DNA of 64,000 nucleotides from Candidatus Gottesmanbacteria bacterium (GTDB lineage: Bacteria > Patescibacteriota > Microgenomatia > UBA10105 > UBA927). Under the pieces are notes generated by a model. It worked only from the letters and a program-made list of their open reading frames with translations. It did no database searches and was not told the origin of the DNA. The stretch lies in NCBI GenBank assembly GCA_016214885.1, contig JACRMP010000037.1, forward strand, positions 7,675 to 71,674. The letters run 5' to 3'. Below, one piece after another: positions 1-8,811 of this stretch; positions within the stretch are counted from its first letter, which is position 1, and each line of letters opens with the position of its first letter. Both the position numbers and the translations under genes were made by a program.

Positions 1-204
1 TTCAGGAGGTGCCCTACCTATGCAATATCTTCGACCTTTCGGTCGCCTTCTTGCATGGCAGCGTCATAAAGACGCGGGTTTCCCCATTCGGAAACCGCCG
101 GATCGCAGGATGTTGACTCCTCCCCGACGAATATCGCTGCCAACTACGTCCTTCTTCGGCACAACAGCCCAAGGCATCCATTATCGACTTGTAGCGTTGC
201 GGAG
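1..204 (-). rRNA. rrl: 23S rRNA, 5' end (continues beyond the window)
   Basis: Reverse complement reads TGGATGCCTTGG...GAAGAAGGACGT...GCGATA...TTTCCGAATGGGGAAACCC, the conserved 5' region of bacterial 23S rRNA. The start position is approximate. Confidence 0.93.
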
Positions 205-368
205 AACAAAAGATATCAGGGTAAAACCCTGATTCCCTGTCTCCTCGACAAAAAATGGCCACGATAAGTGGGAACATTCCCCCTTACGCGGCAACTACCT
301 CATACTTACTATCAAATTTTGTACAACAGGAGTTTCACCTATTCTGTACAAAAGTCATTTGGAAGTCA

Positions 369-380
369 TGTTAAAGAGCA
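369..380 (-). promoter_or_regulatory. rrn antitermination boxA (spacer copy)
   Basis: Exact TGCTCTTTAACA on the minus strand, between tRNA-Ala and 23S. Confidence 0.8.
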
Positions 381-454
381 ACTCGCGCTCTTGTCGCGAA
401 GACGCCGGCTATATATAAATAGTAGGCTCCTTCGATACACGAGCATTTTCTTTG

Positions 455-527
455 TGGACCCGGGCGGAGTCGAACCGCCTGCCTCTTCATTGCAAATGAA
501 GCGTTCAACCAGGTAAACTTCGGGCCC
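455..527 (-). tRNA. tRNA-Ala(TGC), CCA not encoded
   Basis: Cloverleaf GGGCCCG...CTTCA-TTTGCAA-TGAAG...GGTTCGACTCC...CGGGTCCA with the G3:U70 Ala determinant. Confidence 0.95.
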
Positions 528-584
528 TTCCCTACTCAGGGGGATCCGAAAGCGAACCTGAGCAGTTCTCTCCGTTGATCCAAT

Positions 585-632
585 TGTTAAATGTGCAAAA
601 AGGGAATAAAAAATCCCGCCTTTATGCGGGAT
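585..632 (-). promoter_or_regulatory. rrn leader: hairpin plus U-tract (boxB- or terminator-like) followed by a boxA-like element
   Basis: ATCCCGC-ATAAAG-GCGGGAT-TTTTT, then TGCACATTTAACA at 585-597. Confidence 0.55.
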
Positions 633-782
633 CAGGACTCTCTCCTTGTAAGAAGTTCTACATCACACGCAAACGTCGCCGGTTTCGGTTGGTTTTGTAT
701 GAAGTGGTGATTCTCATGAAAAAGAAAAGTCTTGCCTCCGCATTCCGTATCACCGAATTATTGGTGAACAAAGGCAAAAGGT

Positions 783-811
783 ATTGTACCTGCGTGATAA
801 TTTGCTGTCAA
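783..811 (-). promoter_or_regulatory. sigma70 promoter for the tRNA-Ala-23S unit
   Basis: TTGACA-17 nt-TACAAT. Confidence 0.8.
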
Positions 812-838
812 CCCCCTAATCGGAGGAGAAGATGCGGC

Positions 839-1717
839 TTATGTTATTGATCTCGCGAGGAGTCCTGAAAGTTCAGCGCCATCCATTTTATCGGCCTCCC
901 GGTTATTCCGGATAAACACCCCAAGCCCCATGTAGAGCATCTTGCCGGTAGCAGTATGCAGCGATGATTTCTCCTGAAGCATAGAAAGGCGTGTCACCAC
1001 CTGCTCAAATAAGGCGCCTGCAATAGGCACCTGCGATATAATACGCATATAGCTTTCGAGGGTAGCTCCGTTTACCAAATCGTTGGTCTTTTCAAAACCT
1101 ACCTGCAGCGTATCAGCGCCTTTGTCGGCCACCTCGTGGATATAACCCCTCTTCCCTGAAAGATGTTCGACAAGCATATTACCGAGTGCGGTTGCATATT
1201 TATCATTTAATACCTCAACAACTTTTTTCATACCGCCAACGCGCGCATTGAAGCGCAAATCGTCAGGAGTCATGAGCTTGGCATCTTTCTTAACTACCGG
1301 AAATAGCTTTTCAAGCGGCTTACTGGTTGCATAATCAAATGCGGTAAAAAGCGCAATTACCCCGGAAAATGCGGCTACCCGCTCCAGGCGTTCTTTTGCC
1401 CCGCCGATGTCTTTGCCGCCGCGGAAGTCCGCGTCTATCTTGCGGACGTGCTGCCCCATATGAGATACAAAGCTACCCGGTTTATATATCGCTTCATACA
1501 GCGCTTCGCGGAGCGCATCAAACTGCGGAGGCTTCTTTTTTTTGTCATACGGGGAATGTTCACCAACCTGGAATACTTGCTCCCAGTGCTTTTTCCGGTC
1601 TTCCATATATGCCTTCTTCCATGCGGCTGCCCCATCACCTGAGGGCGGGGTTGCAGGCTTTACTGTTTCTGCAGTAGTGGGGTAAGTTACTTTTACTGAT
1701 AAGGTTTCGACAGTCAT
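839..1717 (-). CDS. Hypothetical amphipathic protein (array 'large' family II)
   Basis: Long ORF. It shares the N-x(3-4)-E...P-(I/V)-x-G-A motif (VNGATLESYMRIISQVPIAGAL) with the ORFs at 1810 and 4229. Confidence 0.8.
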   Translation of the reverse strand: MTVETLSVKVTYPTTAETVKPATPPSGDGAAAWKKAYMEDRKKHWEQVFQVGEHSPYDKKKKPPQFDALREALYEAIYKPGSFVSHMGQHVRKIDADFRGGKDIGGAKERLERVAAFSGVIALFTAFDYATSKPLEKLFPVVKKDAKLMTPDDLRFNARVGGMKKVVEVLNDKYATALGNMLVEHLSGKRGYIHEVADKGADTLQVGFEKTNDLVNGATLESYMRIISQVPIAGALFEQVVTRLSMLQEKSSLHTATGKMLYMGLGVFIRNNREADKMDGAELSGLLARSIT

Positions 1718-1809
1718 ATACAAAAATGATGCCTCACTTAGGCATCAGCGACAGTATAGCATATTATTATCCTATAACAATATGTAGCAATAGCCTGTCC
1801 TGACGCTCT

Positions 1810-2535
1810 TTATAACGGTTTTATGTTTTTCCCGATGTGGAACCCGGTAATGGCTTTCCCAAAAATACTCTGACCGAGCTTTGAGGTAGCGGTTTCTAAC
1901 AGGTGGTCAGATTTTTCATGAAGCCAGGTAACTGCGCTTCCTACAATCGGCAACTCTTCGACAATACGGAACGCAGCTTCCACGTTTACCGGATTAAAGA
2001 AATCAGCTGATGCGTAGGCAAGCTTGATCTTGCCATAAGTTTGCGGCACGGTATGACCGTGATGTACTTTTGTTTTTCCGTAAAGCCGGTCGGCCAAGAA
2101 TACCTGGGATATCACATTCCCCCACTCCGCAAGGAACGCGGATGTTTCAGAAACATACTTTGCATCATCAACGCCGGTCATAGCGCGAACCCAGGCATTA
2201 GCCACGCTGGCATATATGCTGTCCGATGCCCATTCTTCCACAAATTCCAAAGCAAACTGCTTACCTTGTGCGGACTTAGCCGCTTCTTTAAACTGAGGAC
2301 CTTTAGCTTTAAGCTCATGAATGCGGTCATGCATCGGCTCACGGATTACTTTGTCGACAAGGTGGCTTTCTGCAAAATCAACTGCAGTGGCTCCCACGAG
2401 GATAGTCGTGTTGATTCCTAGCCGCTTAAGGCTGTCTCCAGGCTGGGATTCATGTTTTTTTTCGGGGATAAGCAGACGCTGGAACCCCTGTTCTGCCGGG
2501 GTATATGCTCGTGTTGGTGCTGCTTCTTTATGCAT
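1810..2535 (-). CDS. Hypothetical amphipathic protein (large family II)
   Basis: 241 aa; motif FNPVNVEAAFRIVEELPIVGSA; has its own promoter at 2579-2607. Confidence 0.8.
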   Translation of the reverse strand: MHKEAAPTRAYTPAEQGFQRLLIPEKKHESQPGDSLKRLGINTTILVGATAVDFAESHLVDKVIREPMHDRIHELKAKGPQFKEAAKSAQGKQFALEFVEEWASDSIYASVANAWVRAMTGVDDAKYVSETSAFLAEWGNVISQVFLADRLYGKTKVHHGHTVPQTYGKIKLAYASADFFNPVNVEAAFRIVEELPIVGSAVTWLHEKSDHLLETATSKLGQSIFGKAITGFHIGKNIKPL

Positions 2536-2627
2536 AGGTTATACAACAAACCCAAACACATAGTTTGGGAATAAAAGGAGTATACCACAAAAAGTGTCCT
2601 ATAGCAATAGCTACTTGGGGATGCCGC

Positions 2628-2921
2628 TTATACGGAAAGGAGGCCCAATCCGGCGTTAATCAAACCGAGTGATTCCTCATGCTTCTTTTTTTCTTCCAGT
2701 GACATATCTTTTGTTGTGTGGCCCAAAAGCGACCGAATCTGCTGGGTGTGTTTTGTAATGGCAGCCTGATACTCCCGGTCAAATGCATCAATCCCCGCTT
2801 CCAGCTGTGCTTTGTCTTCTTCGCTGGCTTCTGCCATAGCTACCAGCACATCGACTTTTTGTGCATCACTGAATAATTTGGTTGCCTGAATTTTTTTGTT
2901 AATCCTCAAGTCGTTCATCAT
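2628..2921 (-). CDS. Small acidic helical protein (array 'small' family)
   Basis: RBS AGAGGGGG before the ATG at 2921; overlaps the upstream gene end; N-terminal IQATKLFSDAQK motif. Confidence 0.75.
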   Translation of the reverse strand: MMNDLRINKKIQATKLFSDAQKVDVLVAMAEASEEDKAQLEAGIDAFDREYQAAITKHTQQIRSLLGHTTKDMSLEEKKKHEESLGLINAGLGLLSV

Positions 2922-3876
2922 ACCCCCTCTTTTTATTGTATTTATTATAGGAATTGCCGTAATACACGTTCTCCCCTTTATTAGGGGCACCTGCTTTGCC
3001 GCCCGACCAATCCTTTAATTTTCTGGTCTGACGGAGCTCTTTGTAATTCTTAGCAAATGTCGATAACCCATTCCACATCATTTCTACACCCAGTTGGGTA
3101 ACGGGGTTTGAGAGATTAAAAATACTTCCGACCATTCCCCGCTCTGCAACAGATGTAAGAGTGCGTTTATGAAGTAATTGCTTTTGCCCCGGCTTATGAA
3201 TTCCTAATGCATCATTCATCTGCATAACAGACCCTTCGACGCCAAATGGATACTTTTTTGGCGCACGCTGTTTATTCCCCCGGTATCCACCCCGGTATTT
3301 CCACTTCTCCACCCGTTTCTCTTTAATACGGGAAGCAGCACCTTTCATTTCATCTGGAATACTCTGCACAAAACCGGCTTCAAAGGCATTCGCAGCCAAT
3401 GAACGCAAAACATGCGGTGATTCAACTTGGGTAAAAATTGGCTGTGACCGGTAAGCAATAAAGTTATATAACGCAGCGAGCGCCACATCCTGTGTTCCTT
3501 CTTTTACAAAATGGGATATACGCGGATGCTTTTCTGACAATGCAGCAAGTTTTTTACCGGCACTCTCCCCCATGACAAACCGTTCAAAAATGGGGCCTTC
3601 CCCCCGCCAGGCCTTACTGAACATATCATCGGTTGCCAACTCTAGCCCCGCTCCCACCGCTCCGGTAAGCGCCCCGCGGGCCACGCGCATCAGTGCACTG
3701 TCGCCGTCAAACTTCCGTTTTGCCATGTCATTTGCCGAACGGATGTCGCTCACCATATCTGCGGCGGCCTTACCCAATCGCATAAACAACGATTGCTCCT
3801 TGGTTATTTTTTCAGGCAAAGGAGCGGAAGCCTCTTTTGGCAGCCAATGTTGCGGTATTTCGGCATGTTGTTGCAT
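2899..3876 (-). CDS. Hypothetical basic amphipathic protein (large family II, divergent)
   Basis: 325 aa; Gly/Ala hydrophobic segment RVARGALTGAVGAGLELATD; SNPV motif. Confidence 0.8.
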   Translation of the reverse strand: MQQHAEIPQHWLPKEASAPLPEKITKEQSLFMRLGKAAADMVSDIRSANDMAKRKFDGDSALMRVARGALTGAVGAGLELATDDMFSKAWRGEGPIFERFVMGESAGKKLAALSEKHPRISHFVKEGTQDVALAALYNFIAYRSQPIFTQVESPHVLRSLAANAFEAGFVQSIPDEMKGAASRIKEKRVEKWKYRGGYRGNKQRAPKKYPFGVEGSVMQMNDALGIHKPGQKQLLHKRTLTSVAERGMVGSIFNLSNPVTQLGVEMMWNGLSTFAKNYKELRQTRKLKDWSGGKAGAPNKGENVYYGNSYNKYNKKRGYDERLED

Positions 3877-3912
3877 AGCGTTATTTAAGCGTATAGGAGT
3901 TTGACAGTCCCG

Positions 3913-4227
3913 TCAAACACCGTCGTGTTGCGGAAAAAACTCCGCTGATTGTTTTTTTGCCTTATCCAATACATCCCGTTTTTCATCTTCAGTTAAATCG
4001 CTCGCCGCTACTTCTTCCTCAAATGCGCGTAGCGCCTTCGCAAGATCAGTGCGTAATGCTTTTTCCCGGTACACGGAATGCGTATCAAACGCCTCAAGCA
4101 TGTCCTCCACCCGTTTTCGATAATCATCGGGAAGGGTTTCCGGCTGATCCAATAACTCCTTTTTCTGGTCATCAGATAACACCCTGCTTTTATTTACTGC
4201 AGTAATAAATGCTTGGATATTTGCCAT
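3913..4227 (-). CDS. Small acidic helical protein (small family)
   Basis: GGAGG RBS; start lies immediately after the upstream stop; VNKSRVLSDDQKKELL motif. Confidence 0.78.
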   Translation of the reverse strand: MANIQAFITAVNKSRVLSDDQKKELLDQPETLPDDYRKRVEDMLEAFDTHSVYREKALRTDLAKALRAFEEEVAASDLTEDEKRDVLDKAKKQSAEFFPQHDGV

Positions 4228-4228
4228 A

Positions 4229-5107
4229 TTATGTATGCCCTCCGTTAGTTGAAGGAGTATTGAATTGTTTAGCAATCAGCATGTTGTAGGCTAAATTTGT
4301 CGCAAACGGCATAACTCCTTTAGCTTGGATAAGCTGCCTGTTTGCGCTTGCATACATGCGCTCGACGAGTGCTCCTACCACAGGAATCGCACCGCCGAAC
4401 CGGAACGCACTTTCTATAAAGCCGGGATTTACGAATGAATTTACTACCCGTATATTTTTGGTTCCTGCATCAAACATAACGCCAGTCGCATTCACTATCG
4501 TGTTGCCTACCGCAGCTATAGTCCGCGATAGCGGGGAAACAAATCCGATATTGTCCCGGTTTGTAGCGGCCCTGGTGGCCACATCGGCGGCAGACCCTAC
4601 CAGCGCATCCGTGACAAACTCCCAGCCTACTTCAAGCGCCGCTTTGTTGCCGCTTTCCTTAAGGTTTATGGGCTTAAAAGGCCACACCCGGGCGCTTTCC
4701 AGCTTGAACAGCTTTTTTTGTGCAATAAGATCCCCCATTCTATCTAATCCGAATGATCCTGCCCCCAACACAAAAAAGGTAAGGAGCCTTCCCAGCTTAT
4801 GCGGCAGCTCCCTCCCACGAAGCTTGGCATCCAGTGCATTCACGCGCTCACCCAAGCTCGCGAACGTCGTTTTTTCATTGACATTTTTTATGGTTTCGGC
4901 GGTCATCATGGCAAGATTTCCCTGTACCGCTCCCGCTTCTCCCCGCTCAGCTAATGCTATGGGGGCTGCGACATCAAACACCTCCTGTAAATACTTATGA
5001 AACAGCGTATCGGCTTTTTTCTCAGGGGTTTTGCGTTCTGCTGATCCCTTGCCGACGTACACCCAATCAGTCTTGCCGTGAAAATTCTGTGTAATACTTT
5101 CTGCCAT
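4229..5107 (-). CDS. Hypothetical amphipathic protein (large family II)
   Basis: 292 aa; VNPGFIESAFRFGGAIPVVGAL; hydrophobic RLLTFFVLGAGSFGLD. Confidence 0.8.
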   Translation of the reverse strand: MAESITQNFHGKTDWVYVGKGSAERKTPEKKADTLFHKYLQEVFDVAAPIALAERGEAGAVQGNLAMMTAETIKNVNEKTTFASLGERVNALDAKLRGRELPHKLGRLLTFFVLGAGSFGLDRMGDLIAQKKLFKLESARVWPFKPINLKESGNKAALEVGWEFVTDALVGSAADVATRAATNRDNIGFVSPLSRTIAAVGNTIVNATGVMFDAGTKNIRVVNSFVNPGFIESAFRFGGAIPVVGALVERMYASANRQLIQAKGVMPFATNLAYNMLIAKQFNTPSTNGGHT

Positions 5108-5123
5108 AGTATGGGTTAATTGA

Positions 5124-5381
5124 TTATTGAGCCTTACCGCTCCCTATATACACTTTCTCACTGCCCCCGCGCTCAAGTTCGGCAAGCATAATGTCGAGTT
5201 TTTGTTTTACATCATCTTCGTTAGCGAGGATAAACTGCCGCTCCGCAGCAAAAAACTTCCCCAATGCATCCGTCTGGCGATCCGTTAAACCCGGCACCAA
5301 ATCCAAAAGCATTAATCTATCCTCATCGGACAAAATAATACTTGCTTCAATTAGCGTTACTAGTGCAATTTTTTTATTCAT
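5124..5381 (-). CDS. Small acidic helical protein (small family)
   Basis: ATGA overlap with the upstream gene; IEASIILSDEDRLMLL motif. Confidence 0.78.
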   Translation of the reverse strand: MNKKIALVTLIEASIILSDEDRLMLLDLVPGLTDRQTDALGKFFAAERQFILANEDDVKQKLDIMLAELERGGSEKVYIGSGKAQ

Positions 5382-6439
5382 ACAGAAGCCCTCTGCGGCA
5401 TGGGTGTAAACACCTCAGCCGCTTTTGCCACCTGCGGATTCTTCAATTTATCTATTTTTTTACTGAAGTGCGAAACAATAATATCTTTGGCTTTCTTAGC
5501 CCCCTCAAAACTCATTTTTGTTTCTTCATACCGGTTATGAAGGTATTGCCACGCAGGAGGAATAAGCCCTGCCCATACTTGCCCGAATAATTCTGCTCCG
5601 AATGAACCAAACACCACAACACTGGGCACATCAGGTGTGGGATCAATAATAGGCCCCAACGAATGAAGGAGTGTATGCTTACCGGCAACTTTGAGTCTAT
5701 GTCCTGCTTTTTCCCCAAATGTTGTAGCCGTCACCTCTCCCCTGGCGGAAGATAATATTTTTTCTGCGTCCGTTAACGCTTTACCGCTTTTTACGGCTTT
5801 TTCATAATTTAATACATAATCAGCATCCCGCAGATCATGGACAATGTGCTTCCTTACAAACTGGGAAACCTTACCTTCGACGGCCACTCCTTTTTTAAGC
5901 CCCTTCTCTAGACCCGCTTTTGCCACTCTTGTCGCCTGGCTTGCCTCCTGTGTTGCTACTGCCAATGCTGCTTTAGCCGCATCTGCCTTTTGCCTGGCCC
6001 TCTCGCTTTTACTAAACCACCCCGCCCACCGCTCAGCCTTTGATGCTGTTTTTTGTGCTTTAATAGCTGCAGTTTCTGCGTAAGCTGCTTTGTTTACCTT
6101 AGAGGCTAAACTCTCAATCTTGGCTCCCCCTTTTGCCAGAGCTATCCCCTCACTGGCGAGCGGCACAAACGGGATTATGGCTAATGCAGCTTTCACATCC
6201 TTAAATGCGATCCCCATCCTTTTTTTGAACATATCCTTATACAACCCGCCGAGCGATGCCAGAAGGCTCATCTGTTCGGTATTGGTCGTCACGTCGGCAC
6301 CAATAAGCGCACGGTTTGCTTCTACAGCTGCTTTTGCATCACCGATATGATTCCCCAACTCCGGAGAAACAGACATTCTGTTCTCGAGGGTCTCAGGAGA
6401 AAAATCATTCATAGCTTCAGTATGGGGCGTTTCTCTCAT
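5378..6439 (-). CDS. Hypothetical Ala/Lys-rich coiled-coil protein with two hydrophobic segments
   Basis: 353 aa; AALAIIPFVPLA segment and VVVFGSFGAELFGQVWAGLIPP segment. Confidence 0.8.
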   Translation of the reverse strand: MRETPHTEAMNDFSPETLENRMSVSPELGNHIGDAKAAVEANRALIGADVTTNTEQMSLLASLGGLYKDMFKKRMGIAFKDVKAALAIIPFVPLASEGIALAKGGAKIESLASKVNKAAYAETAAIKAQKTASKAERWAGWFSKSERARQKADAAKAALAVATQEASQATRVAKAGLEKGLKKGVAVEGKVSQFVRKHIVHDLRDADYVLNYEKAVKSGKALTDAEKILSSARGEVTATTFGEKAGHRLKVAGKHTLLHSLGPIIDPTPDVPSVVVFGSFGAELFGQVWAGLIPPAWQYLHNRYEETKMSFEGAKKAKDIIVSHFSKKIDKLKNPQVAKAAEVFTPMPQRASV

Positions 6440-6458
6440 TTTCGCAAGCGAACAGCCC

Positions 6459-8681
6459 TTATCGTTTTGGCCGGGCGATAGCCTCCAGCACCTGATGATC
6501 AGAAAGCGTCGGTTTCGCCCCTATTCGGGGAGCAGTATCCCGTATATTTATCTTCTCAAAATCAATAATTTTCTCGGAAATATTCTCAAACACCGGATCA
6601 TGGGTAATAGCTACTACCGTCATATCGGGGCGTTCCTTTCGCAGGCGCTGGATAATATCCATCACCTGTTGGGCTGATGCTTCGTCGAGACTCGCTGTCG
6701 GCTCGTCCAGCACCAATATTTTTGGATTCTTAAGCAGTGCCCGCGCAATCCCAATCCGCCGCAGCTCTCCGCCAGAAAAATGTTTTGTCGTAGTATCCAG
6801 ACGATCCTGCAAATGCTCTAAACGAAGGTCTTTAAGTATTTTCGTTATAACGGTATCGGGCACGTTTTTATGCGACCACAACAGCAGGTTTTCTTTAAGC
6901 GTCATCCCTTCCAGAATTTGCGGGTTCTGGTTGGCATACCCCACCATAGTAGCCAGCGCCTCAGGGCCGTATTTTTTGATACCATCAATGGGAATTCCCC
7001 CGATTGCCACTGTGCCTGATTCGGGGGTATAGAGACCCACAAGGTTGCGGATAAATGTTGTCTTACCTGTCCCCGATTCGCCTTTAATTGTCACAAACGA
7101 GCCTTGTGGTATATCCAGCGATACATTCCGTACTATCCCCTTGTAGGAAAGGTTTTCGATATGGATGTCCGTATTAGCTAATTTTGTCACGGGTATACGT
7201 GCCCGTTCTTTTGGACCATTGGGGCGGTCTAACGTATCATATTTCCCCAGAAGCTCTTCCATGCGCCGTATATCCTGGATATCCGGGATGATGTTGTCTA
7301 CATACATACGCGTGAGACCGGCAAATGCTGCTCTCATCTCCATCTGTTGGTTTTTGGAATTGATTACCCGGGAAAGCGCATCGACCCCGAAATTAAATGC
7401 GCCTTCTCCTGATAATTTGCCGGGCGGCCTTTTTTGATTAAATTCAATAGCTTCACTCATAAACGGCAGCACAACATCCATCGCATCAAACAACATATTC
7501 ATCTGCCGCTGGCTTGCGAGCTTTTGCCGGAGCCCCTTGCTTGCCACCGTGTCCCGTTCCGTCAATAAATCGAGCATACTATCAGCACCGCTGGTTGCAC
7601 TCCCTGATGTCCGGACGGATTCAAGGCCTGCTAGCGTTGTCATAAGCTTTGTGTTCACTTTATCCATTCTAGCCAGCTCTGCCGCTCTGTTCTTCTGCAT
7701 TAGTTTTGCGTTCTGTTCACTGCGCATCAGCAAAAACGGCATTTTAATAAGCGTCGAGGCAAACTCCAATTTTCCCGTCACATACTGTCTCGGCAACTGG
7801 CTGAGTATCGAAAACATGGTGGGCAAAAACTCGGTATAGGTAGTGCGGACAAGGTCAATGGTAGATAGCTTACCGTTATTAATAATCTCCATTATCTCCC
7901 CCGCCGGCTTATCGTGAAGAAACTCAAAATCCCGCATAAATAACGATTCCGCTATCCGGGTATTTACCGCGCGCTGCAGATTCTGCCCTTCACGAACAAT
8001 GAGCTTATGGGCAAATTTTTCGGCCTGCCTCCCCACAAACCAATGTGCGGTTCCCGCAACCCACGGCCAGGTAGCGGAAAGCAATAATCCCAGCGCCTTC
8101 TTTTTCGTTTCCCCGGGGAGACGCTTAAGCGTTGCTCCAAGCTCCTGTAATGGCGTTTGACGCGCCTGCAGGAGCTCCAAACCATTCTCTACCTTGTCGG
8201 TAAACGCCTTCCTGGCATCTTCACTTATCCATGGCTTCGTCTGATAGCCACCAATAACACTGCCTGCCAGGTCGGTGGCAGCGTATATGCCGGTTACTGT
8301 CTGCCAATTACCGCTGCCTAATTTATAGGTGGTGAATAACTCCCCCATTACATCACGGTATTCCTGCATATTGATAACAGTTGGAGATTCTGGGGAAGTT
8401 GAAGGTTCGGGAGTTAGGCCGCTTTTTTTCCGGGCATAAGCAGCTTCTGCCTGGGCCATAACCGCTTTGTAGTCGTCTTTGCCGGCAATCAAACCTTCGT
8501 TCATGAGGTCGTGACCCACTGAAGTCGTTAAATCTTTAAGTTCATTAGGGTCAGGTGATTCGTTCTTGGAGACTTTTTGCGCTACCCGCGCTGCAGAAAC
8601 TAATGTCTCGGGTGATATCGCAAAAGGCGCAACCTCGCTTTGGGGCTTTTCAATGCGTTTACTTGATACCTCTGCCGTCAT
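6459..8681 (-). CDS. ABC exporter-like protein (N-terminal extension, atypical membrane domain, ATPase)
   Basis: Walker A GESGTGKT, Q-loop, signature FSGGE, Walker B ILVLDE and H-switch ITH; exporter-like coupling region FLHDKPAGEIM. Confidence 0.85.
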   Translation of the reverse strand: MTAEVSSKRIEKPQSEVAPFAISPETLVSAARVAQKVSKNESPDPNELKDLTTSVGHDLMNEGLIAGKDDYKAVMAQAEAAYARKKSGLTPEPSTSPESPTVINMQEYRDVMGELFTTYKLGSGNWQTVTGIYAATDLAGSVIGGYQTKPWISEDARKAFTDKVENGLELLQARQTPLQELGATLKRLPGETKKKALGLLLSATWPWVAGTAHWFVGRQAEKFAHKLIVREGQNLQRAVNTRIAESLFMRDFEFLHDKPAGEIMEIINNGKLSTIDLVRTTYTEFLPTMFSILSQLPRQYVTGKLEFASTLIKMPFLLMRSEQNAKLMQKNRAAELARMDKVNTKLMTTLAGLESVRTSGSATSGADSMLDLLTERDTVASKGLRQKLASQRQMNMLFDAMDVVLPFMSEAIEFNQKRPPGKLSGEGAFNFGVDALSRVINSKNQQMEMRAAFAGLTRMYVDNIIPDIQDIRRMEELLGKYDTLDRPNGPKERARIPVTKLANTDIHIENLSYKGIVRNVSLDIPQGSFVTIKGESGTGKTTFIRNLVGLYTPESGTVAIGGIPIDGIKKYGPEALATMVGYANQNPQILEGMTLKENLLLWSHKNVPDTVITKILKDLRLEHLQDRLDTTTKHFSGGELRRIGIARALLKNPKILVLDEPTASLDEASAQQVMDIIQRLRKERPDMTVVAITHDPVFENISEKIIDFEKINIRDTAPRIGAKPTLSDHQVLEAIARPKR

Positions 8682-8811
8682 ATCACTATTGTAAACACAT
8701 TTGGATACGTTGTCATTTGACAGAGGTCATAGATACACCGTGATATCCCATGGGAAAACGGAACCCACCGATAAACCATACGGCCACAATACAGCGGTAT
8801 TTACTATAACG

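Noticed and set aside
528-580. Possible 16S remnant (AACGGAGAG...GCTCAGG...GGATC resembles the 16S termini)
   Set aside because: The matches are too short and the segment is explained as a simple hairpin; it cannot be supported without comparison to this genome's 16S.
14-850. ORFs 14-277, 20-232, 268-516 and 575-850
   Set aside because: They overlap the 23S rRNA, tRNA-Ala and the rrn leader, so they are spurious.
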